Assembly (NCBI GenBank): GCA_030668875.1
Contig: DAOVER010000047.1
Span: 1 to 22,001, forward strand
Reading direction: 5' to 3'
Length of the DNA stretch: 22,001 nt
From: Candidatus Heimdallarchaeota archaeon
Lineage (GTDB): Archaea > Asgardarchaeota > Heimdallarchaeia > Heimdallarchaeales > Heimdallarchaeaceae
This document shows, one piece after another, positions 15,657-22,001 of this stretch. Numbering within the stretch: position 1 is the stretch's first letter; each line of letters begins with the position of its first letter. Position numbers and translations under genes: made by a program. The notes beneath the pieces are model-generated. The model worked only from the letters and a program-made list of their open reading frames with translations. It did no database searches and was not told the origin of the DNA.

Positions 15657-16514
15657 TCAGTAAGGACTTGGGGATAACGACACCACTATTGTTCCTAAAC
15701 CTAAGTGAGTTGCTAAAGCAGGAGTGAGGAAATTAATAATTTTCTCGCCTATTGGAAATTTACCTTCTAGATGTTTTAAAATAGATTCTGCTGTTTCTGA
15801 GTCATCTCCATGGGTTATCATAACATCATATTTCTGATTCTTTTTGATGCGGTCAAAGATTGAAGTTAGAACTTTCTTGATTGCTTTATCTTTTCCAGTT
15901 GCTTGCCCAATTGGTTGTAAAATCCCATCATTTACTTCAAGCAATGGTTTAGATTTTAAGATTGATCCTACAAGAAATTTGATATGAGAGATTCTCCCTG
16001 ATTTTTTTAGATTATCAAGGTTATCTACATAACCTAATAGTATTGATTCATCTCTTATTTCTTCGACCCTCTTTATTATTTCTTCTTCAGGAACACCTTT
16101 CTTAGATAATTTTGCAACGGCTAAAGAGATAAAAGCTAGAACTCCTGAGCTAAATTTAGAATCGAAAAGGTGTATTTTCTTATCCTTAATTCTTTTAGCT
16201 ATAATTCGAGCTGATTGATATGTAGCTGAAAGTTTTGAAGATATAGTAGCTATGAATATTGAGGAAGAATTTTTCATATTTTCAGTAATTTTATCTAGAA
16301 AATCTTTTGGACTTGATGCTGAAGTCTTTGGTAATTCATCATCATATCTTAAAACTTTATAAAATTCAGTAGGAGTAATATCGATTCTGTCAGCAAAAAT
16401 TTCATTCTTATGATGAACATAAACTGGTACAATATCAATATCATATTTCTTAGCTAATTCTTCTGGGAGATCACAAGTACTATCAACTATTACTTTCATT
16501 GAACTTTTTGGCAA
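15657..16514 (-). CDS. degV: DegV family fatty-acid-binding protein (ATG start probably 16499)
   Basis: VIVDSTCDL, PKTSASSP, ISSKLSATY, DSKFSS, L.KSGRI and HLGLGT. Confidence 0.93.
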   Translation of the reverse strand: MPKSSMKVIVDSTCDLPEELAKKYDIDIVPVYVHHKNEIFADRIDITPTEFYKVLRYDDELPKTSASSPKDFLDKITENMKNSSSIFIATISSKLSATYQSARIIAKRIKDKKIHLFDSKFSSGVLAFISLAVAKLSKKGVPEEEIIKRVEEIRDESILLGYVDNLDNLKKSGRISHIKFLVGSILKSKPLLEVNDGILQPIGQATGKDKAIKKVLTSIFDRIKKNQKYDVMITHGDDSETAESILKHLEGKFPIGEKIINFLTPALATHLGLGTIVVSLSPSPY

Positions 16515-16640
16515 ATATTTTCATTCCTTTGATTTGACACAAAATAGATATAATAATTGTAATAGGAGGTAAACAGTATTATTTACAAGTAAGTTAAGTA
16601 GACCTTTTATATAAATAATTTGTTAAAACATTGATTTTCA

Positions 16641-16682
16641 ACTGAAACTAAAATAAAAATATAGAAAAGAAATAAACAGAGA
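16641..16682 (-). terminator. T-rich terminator-like tract after the CCDC47-like gene
   Basis: Minus strand reads tctctgtttatttcttttctatatttttattttag immediately after the stop. Confidence 0.45.
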
Positions 16683-17582
16683 CTATCTTCCTTTATTTCT
16701 TGCCTTTTCTACTTTTTTTGCACGTCTCTTTGCTTCTCTTTCTTCGATTTTCCTTTCTTTTTCTCTTCTTTTCTCCCTTTCCTTCATGTATTTCTCTTTA
16801 TCTTTTTCCTGCTTTTGTTTCTCTTTTTCATCCAATTTCTTAACTTCTTTCTTAAGAATAACAGGAATGGGAAGGTCTTTTGTTTTCTCAGTAACTCTAG
16901 AAAAGAACTTCAAAGTTGTCATGGCAAACTTTGTTAAATGTAGTAGATCTGCTGGTTGCTTTGTTAGATTAAACTTCATTTCGAAATTAGGTTCATCGGT
17001 TCTTACTGAAATCCATTGCAATTCCTTAGGATAATTCTCCAAGCTTGTTGTAAACATTTTACTGTTAACTAGTTGTTTAATAGCTCGTGATCTATTAGAT
17101 TTTACAAGGAATTTTCCATTGAGTTCAGGCTTAGGGGTTGGAATATCGTCAAGTTCAACAAGATAGTCAAAATCCTTTTTTATAGCTGATTTTAGACGAT
17201 AGGGAATCATTTCAAAAACTACTCTAGGTTTATCCTTAAAATTTGCTGCAATTCCAAATGAATCTTTATTCTTATAGAACAGTCCATCAACTAGCATTGT
17301 TGGAAAACTAGTTCTAGGTAAGAGAATAAGCCACACTGATGCGCTTTTAAGTAGAAAATCATCATTTAGTTGACATCTTATCTCTACTTGTCGATCGTTC
17401 GGATCTTTTCTGGCATAGTTAGTAATGTAGGGATCCAATGCTGTTAGGACATCATCAAAGTATGTTTCCTTCTTCTTTTTATTAGCTATTTTTCCCCAAA
17501 TATAAAATGCAGCATACAAACCTATGAAAATTAAAATAGGTAGCAACATTACTAAAATATCTATAATACCGTCAGAAGCCAT
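16683..17582 (-). CDS. Single-TM protein resembling CCDC47 / DUF1682 (PAT complex subunit)
   Basis: N-terminal TM ending [16 protein letters not shown], a globular alpha/beta domain and a highly charged K/E/R C-terminal coiled coil. Segment-by-segment resemblance to recalled CCDC47 (see findings). Confidence 0.65.
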   Translation of the reverse strand: [299 protein letters not shown]

Positions 17583-17650
17583 ACAATTAACCAGCTCTTG
17601 TTAGTGATTTTGAGATTCACCTATTTTAATACTTTCTTCTTGTTGTTCTT

Positions 17651-18214
17651 TTAAATTTTCATCTCATTGCTCTTCTTTTTGATAATAATACGACCTAATC
17701 TAAGAAAAGCATCATAAACATTGCTTCCAGTTAAAGCGCATGTTGAAAAGTATTCTACAAGTTCAATGTTCTTGAATTTATTTTTAAACTCACTAAGAAA
17801 GTTTTTAGACTGTTCATCAAAAAGCTGATTTTGTTCAAACTCTAGAAGATCATTTTTATTTCCAAGTATCAACAAGGGGATTTTATAATCTATAGAAGAA
17901 TCAAGTTCCTCTAACCATCTATTTAGATTAGCAAAAGTTTCAGGTCGGCTTTTATCGAAAACTAGAAGACCACCTTCAGTTCCAGCGTATTGCTTGGTTC
18001 TAATTTCTTGAAACTCCTTCTGACCACCCATATCCCATATCTGAAAAGTTATTTCCATATCTTCATCTAAATATTTGTGAGTGGCTAAATCTACACCTAA
18101 AGTACTCATATATTTTTCATCTAGATGCAAACCCATGAAAGAACGTTTCAAAGTAGTTTTTCCAGTAGCATAATCTCCTAACAAAACTATTTTAACAGCA
18201 CCAAATATGGACAT
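17651..18214 (-). CDS. Rab-like small GTPase (Ras superfamily); start moved from 18280 to ATG 18214
   Basis: G1 GDYATGKT, G2 STLGVDL, G3 WDMGGQ, G4 NKND, G5 TCAL. The 18280 start would leave only 30 nt to the divergent purA. Confidence 0.93.
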   Translation of the reverse strand: MSIFGAVKIVLLGDYATGKTTLKRSFMGLHLDEKYMSTLGVDLATHKYLDEDMEITFQIWDMGGQKEFQEIRTKQYAGTEGGLLVFDKSRPETFANLNRWLEELDSSIDYKIPLLILGNKNDLLEFEQNQLFDEQSKNFLSEFKNKFKNIELVEYFSTCALTGSNVYDAFLRLGRIIIKKKSNEMKI

Positions 18215-18310
18215 ATGTATGCTTACACTTGAAAGGGAGTTTATTAGGTTTTCTAATTTTCCCAGTTGTTGTAACAACATTTAACAATAAGTTCCTAATT
18301 TGTCACGTGT

Positions 18311-19321
18311 ATGCCATTTTCAATTGTTTGTGGTGGGTTTTGGGGAGATGAAGGAAAGGGGAAGATACTATCTTATCTTGCTATTTCTGATGACCCCGCA
18401 ATGATTGCACGCGCAGGAGTAGGTCCTAATGCAGGACACACAATTGAATTTGAAGGAAAAGAATACAAACTTCGGCTTGTACCTTCAGGTTTCATCAATC
18501 CCAAAATCAGATTGGTTATTGGGGCAGGAGTGCTAATCAACCCTCAAGTGTTATTTAAAGAACTTGAAGTCACTAAAACTAAAGATAGACTAGGGGTAGA
18601 CTTCCAATCAGGTATCATCGAACCTAATCACATAGAGATTGATTCAACTGATACCCATCTTAAAGGAAAGATTGGATCAACTGGTAGTGGATGTGGTCCT
18701 GCTAATATGGATAGAGTTTTGAGAAAATTAAAACTTGCTAGAGATATTCCTGAACTTAAGCCCTATTTGACAGATGTTAGTGTAGAAATTGATGATGCTT
18801 TAAATGAGGGAAAACAAGTAATTGCAGAAGGAAGTCAAGCAATTCTCCTATCCTTATTCCATGGAAGTTATCCGTACGTTACATCAAAAGATGTTTCAGC
18901 AGCTGCAATCTGCTCTGATCTAGGTGTTGGACCCACAAAAGTAACAGACGTTATAGTTGTTTTGAAATCATTTGTTACCAGAGTTGGAACCGGTGAACTC
19001 CCTGGTGAACTTAGCGTTGATGAAACAGAAAAAAGAGGCTGGACTGAATATGGTGCAGTTACTGGGAGATTGAGAAGAGCAGCTCCCTTCAATTATGATT
19101 TAGCTAGAAAAGCTGTTAGGTTGAATGGGGCAACGCAGATTGCACTAACTAAATTTGACATTTTATATCCAGACACTGCCAAAGCAAATAATATAGACCA
19201 AATAAAAAAAGAAGCAAAAGATTTCATTGATCGCATTGAGGATGAAACAAAAGTTAAAGTGTCATTGATTGGCACAGGACCATCCGCTGAAGATATTATA
19301 GATCTTCGTGAAAACATCTGA
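18311..19321 (+). CDS. purA: Adenylosuccinate synthetase, short archaeal type
   Basis: GGFWGDEGKGK, GPNAGHT, IGSTGSGCGP, EGSQ, YPYVTS, EYGAVTGR.RR and TKFD; 336 aa. Confidence 0.97.
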   Translation: MPFSIVCGGFWGDEGKGKILSYLAISDDPAMIARAGVGPNAGHTIEFEGKEYKLRLVPSGFINPKIRLVIGAGVLINPQVLFKELEVTKTKDRLGVDFQSGIIEPNHIEIDSTDTHLKGKIGSTGSGCGPANMDRVLRKLKLARDIPELKPYLTDVSVEIDDALNEGKQVIAEGSQAILLSLFHGSYPYVTSKDVSAAAICSDLGVGPTKVTDVIVVLKSFVTRVGTGELPGELSVDETEKRGWTEYGAVTGRLRRAAPFNYDLARKAVRLNGATQIALTKFDILYPDTAKANNIDQIKKEAKDFIDRIEDETKVKVSLIGTGPSAEDIIDLRENI

Positions 19322-19337
19322 TTCTTGATAGTGGATA

Positions 19338-20252
19338 ATGTTTATATTAGATGAAGGCTTTACGGATTCGAACAAGAGAATGGCAAGTATATCTAAGAAT
19401 TTACATCCTGATTATCAAGACGAGTTTTTTCTTAATCTGGACAGAATTCTAGTTCCTTACGGTGGAAAAGAATTCGAATGTATGGGGTTAGAGCTGGCAT
19501 TCTATATTGCTCACGAATATGGTGCGCATTTAGATCTTCTCCATGTTGGAACAGATCCTGGTAAGAATATTGATGGTTATCTCAAGAAACTGGCAAAATA
19601 CGAAATAGAACATGACTTAGTGGTCCAAGACAACAAAAATGTTACACAGACCATTATTAATTATTGGAAAAAGCATAAGCACAATTTAGTTATAATGTCT
19701 AGTAGAAGAAGACCAACAGTTTTTGATAAAATCACAGTAAAAAGTATTTCTAACACCATTATTCCAGAGATTCACACAGAAGTACTACAAGTTTTTCCAC
19801 CAAGAATCAAGAAAATATCTTCTAACATCAAGAATGTTGCAGTTCTTCTTCCATATTCAAAACGAGACCCCTTTATAATTCGTTGGGCTTCTGCAATTGC
19901 TGCGCCTCAAAAAGGTGCAAATATTAGAGTCTATCACATCACTAGAGTTCCTGAGGTTGTTCCTTTACGAGGAGCTAGGAATGAAGAAGAAATCAAGAAG
20001 GAAGAAAAAATATTCAAAGATTATATGGATAATTATGCTAAAGTTTTTGGACAGATAATTAAAACAAAATTTGTTATTGGCTATAAAATTATCTCAGCAC
20101 TTCATTTTATTTTTGGTAAAGATGAACCAGACATTGTGATAATAGGTAAATCAAGACAACGTAGTTTCTTCCAGAAGCTGTCAAAACCTCTATCTAGCCG
20201 AATAAGGGACAAATTACTCAATACTGGTGTATGTATACATCACATGTTGTGA
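19338..20252 (+). CDS. Tandem universal stress protein (2x UspA-like domains)
   Basis: RILVPYGG...LDLLHV...LVIMSSR and VAVLLPYS...RVYHI...IVIIGKSR show two USP repeats. Confidence 0.8.
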   Translation: MFILDEGFTDSNKRMASISKNLHPDYQDEFFLNLDRILVPYGGKEFECMGLELAFYIAHEYGAHLDLLHVGTDPGKNIDGYLKKLAKYEIEHDLVVQDNKNVTQTIINYWKKHKHNLVIMSSRRRPTVFDKITVKSISNTIIPEIHTEVLQVFPPRIKKISSNIKNVAVLLPYSKRDPFIIRWASAIAAPQKGANIRVYHITRVPEVVPLRGARNEEEIKKEEKIFKDYMDNYAKVFGQIIKTKFVIGYKIISALHFIFGKDEPDIVIIGKSRQRSFFQKLSKPLSSRIRDKLLNTGVCIHHML

Positions 20253-20286
20253 AGGAAATAGTTTAAGTAATCACTTAACCTAATAC

Positions 20287-21231
20287 ATGAAAATGAAGAA
20301 CTGCTCTTATGTTGGATGTGAAGCGGAAGAATCGTTACCTTTCAAATGTAAACTATGTAGTCAAAATTTTTGTGCAAAACATAGATTACCTGAACAACAT
20401 GATTGTCCAAGAATTGGAGTATATCAAACAGATGAATATAAAAAATCAAAAATTTCCTCCAAACAGGTGGAGAGAGAGAGATTAATAGAGAAAGAAAAGA
20501 AGAAGAGAAGTAAAAGATCTCAAAAAGTTCAATTTTATGATCCTTCTGAGCAAGATAGAAGAGAAGGTTATTTCCAACCCAAAGATAGATTTCTCATGAG
20601 ATCTTCTTTCTTTACATTGTTCGAATTTCGTCAAAACAGTTTGAACATAATTGTTTCAACAGCTATTGTTGCTATTTTGATGAGTATTAATTTAATTGTT
20701 AATACTGCAATAAATAAATCAATAAGCTTTTCACCAGATTTTCTTTGGACGTTCCTAACTACATTCTTTGGTGTAATTTTCATTTATGGAGGACATGAGT
20801 TAGCACATGTCATAACTGCTAACAAACTTAAAGTAAGACACGGTCATGTATTATGGATTCAAGGTATACTTCTTGGTCTTCTAAGTATTATTTTACCTTT
20901 TCTTGTATTCCCAAGTTATCTAATTTTTAAGGAAAATGAATCAAAAACAAGAGAGAAAGGATTAGCTGCGTTAGCTGGAGTAATATGGATGATGGTTTGT
21001 CAAATCTTTCTGCTTTTTGCGATTGGTTTTAAGATATTTAGTAGTCACATCCTCTATGGATTATATAATCTACCGTACCTCTTTATGTTCTATTTAATTT
21101 TCAACTTAATCCCATTTGGTCTTACAGATGGAAGATACATCTCTAACTGGAATAGACGAATATTATGGATCATATTAGGTATTAACATACTATTGTTAAT
21201 TGCAGTGTTTGTGGTTACTGCTCTTATTTGA
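20287..21231 (+). CDS. AN1-type zinc finger fused to a site-2 (M50) intramembrane metalloprotease domain
   Basis: CSYVGC...LPFKCKLCSQNFCAKHRLPEQHDC (zf-AN1). HELAH (HExxH) and FNLIPFGLTDG (NxxPxxxxDG) lie in hydrophobic segments. Confidence 0.85.
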   Translation: MKMKNCSYVGCEAEESLPFKCKLCSQNFCAKHRLPEQHDCPRIGVYQTDEYKKSKISSKQVERERLIEKEKKKRSKRSQKVQFYDPSEQDRREGYFQPKDRFLMRSSFFTLFEFRQNSLNIIVSTAIVAILMSINLIVNTAINKSISFSPDFLWTFLTTFFGVIFIYGGHELAHVITANKLKVRHGHVLWIQGILLGLLSIILPFLVFPSYLIFKENESKTREKGLAALAGVIWMMVCQIFLLFAIGFKIFSSHILYGLYNLPYLFMFYLIFNLIPFGLTDGRYISNWNRRILWIILGINILLLIAVFVVTALI

Positions 21232-21272
21232 AACGGAAGACATAGAAATAACGTATTACGGATATTGATTAA

Positions 21273-21499
21273 GTGACCACATCACCCCTTCATGAACTAA
21301 TGACGATGTTGATATATTCTCTAAAATCTGTGCATATTTATTTTAAATCTACAATTTAAGTATAAAATAAACTAAAATTTATGATGGGTTTTTGTCATGT
21401 AGTCATTGCAGACTACATTGGTTGAGCTAGGTTCTTAGAGGTCGGCATATACAACTAAAGCAGTTCTATACTCACTCTCTGGGGATACATCACGTATCC
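21273..21499 (-). ncRNA. Putative TnpB omegaRNA scaffold / element right end (boundaries uncertain)
   Basis: Overlaps the tnpB 3' end. Hairpins: GGATAC/GTATCC (21483-21499), a perfect 8-bp ATGTAGTC/GACTACAT (21397-21418) and TTTATTTTA/TAAAATAAA (21337-21371). Ends in GAAGGGGTGATGTGGTCAC, resembling IS200/605 right ends. Confidence 0.5.
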
Positions 21500-22001
21500 T
21501 CCTACCCCGTTCACCCTGCGTTTAGGCAAGGCTTTCGGATCGCTTTTAACTAAAATATTGTAAGCAGCATTAACATCAGCGTTGATTAAGTGTCCTTGAG
21601 CAGTTCGGAACAATCCTCGATAGATTCTTTTCCCCTTATACTTCCTGTGAAATTTAGGAAACTCATTGTCAAGGAAACTGCATTTAGAGGTGTATTCTTC
21701 GAGGATGGTCTCAACCTTTATTCCTCGTTCTGCTCCTTTGTACTTTAGAATATTGATAATTCTTAGAAAAGGGATGGTGACGAACATCTGGGTGGTTTTT
21801 TTCCAAAAGTGCACTCCTTGTTTCCAGAGAGGGTTATAGCCTATCACCACTTCATGGAGCCCTCTTTCCACCCATACATCAACCAAATATTTGGTTAACT
21901 TGTGGATACCATCTTTCAGTTTCCTCCTCCATTTCTCTTTAAGCTTGTAGTAAGCTTGACCGTATTGTAACTTGTTTCTTGATTGCAGCGATTTCTTCTG
22001 C
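21455..22001 (-). CDS. tnpB: TnpB C-terminal part (5'-truncated by the window edge); the frame is open from 22000
   Basis: QKKSLQSRNKLQYGQAYYKLKEKWRRKLKDGIHKLTKYLVDVW...VVIGYNPLWKQ...KYKGAERGIKV...EEYTSKCSFLD...RGLF...INADVNAAYNI. The TTG start called at 21886 is internal. Confidence 0.95.
   Translation of the reverse strand, partial: QKKSLQSRNKLQYGQAYYKLKEKWRRKLKDGIHKLTKYLVDVWVERGLHEVVIGYNPLWKQGVHFWKKTTQMFVTIPFLRIINILKYKGAERGIKVETILEEYTSKCSFLDNEFPKFHRKYKGKRIYRGLFRTAQGHLINADVNAAYNILVKSDPKALPKRRVNGVGGYVMYPQRVSIELL

Larger units (their letters stand above)
21273..22001 (-). mobile_element. IS200/IS605-family element (probably tnpB-only, IS1341-like), right part
   Basis: tnpB plus structured 3' flank. 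Visibly more GC-rich than the neighbouring genes (judged by eye, not computed). Confidence 0.7.

Noticed and set aside
18215-18280. 22-aa N-terminal extension of the GTPase as a possible Arf-like amphipathic helix
   Set aside because: It uses a TTG start 30 nt from the divergent purA start, leaving no promoter space, and an in-frame ATG at 18214 gives a normal Rab-length N-terminus. It cannot be fully excluded without proteomics.
2315-19317. Short ORF-track calls antisense to or nested in real genes (e.g. 2315-2512, 3403-3594, 3452-3766, 3763-3981, 4133-4318, 5347-5571, 5372-5833, 5873-6094, 6966-7172, 8157-8348, 8840-9061, 10341-10538, 13677-14099, 14074-14373, 14590-14793, 15241-15456, 16786-17034, 18868-19092, 19093-19317)
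   Set aside because: All lie opposite well-supported genes, are Ser/Phe/Ile-rich as expected for antisense frames, and have no motifs.
21347-21354. TTGTAGAT on the minus strand resembles the 3' end of the Cas12a repeat
   Set aside because: Single 8-mer, the complementary TCTAC arm is absent, and there is no array; expected by chance in AT-rich DNA.
1-22001. tRNA, rRNA, CRISPR arrays, defence systems, integrases, or direct joining of the two tnpB halves into one gene
   Set aside because: No such RNA genes, arrays or defence motifs were recognised. The two tnpB fragments do not overlap and together lack the central region with RuvC-I, so the ends cannot be joined directly.

Overview
AT-rich archaeal chromosomal segment, most likely from an Asgard archaeon. 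The basis is a Rab-like GTPase, a longin/roadblock protein, an OST5/TMEM258-like protein, a CCDC47-like protein, GGTGA-type ribosome-binding sites, oligo-T terminators and archaeal-type POR, PurA and COG1202 helicase. Housekeeping genes include an HD 5'-nucleotidase, a four-subunit 2-oxoacid:ferredoxin oxidoreductase operon (gamma-delta-alpha-beta), a COG1202 SF2 helicase, a CitG-family protein, Nnr, DegV, short-type PurA and a tandem USP. These are interleaved with several eukaryotic-signature-like genes. Both window edges cut a minus-strand tnpB gene: a 5' half at 1-202 that the ORF track missed, and a 3' half at 21455-22001 with a Fanzor-type rearranged RuvC and a probable omegaRNA. The most notable candidates are (i) a CCDC47 (PAT complex)-like protein directly downstream of a Rab-like GTPase, (ii) a TM-TPR / soluble GIFT (IFT52-like) / longin-roadblock-roadblock gene trio, and (iii) the rearranged-RuvC TnpB. 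All family assignments come from motif recognition and recalled family sequences. No searches were run.
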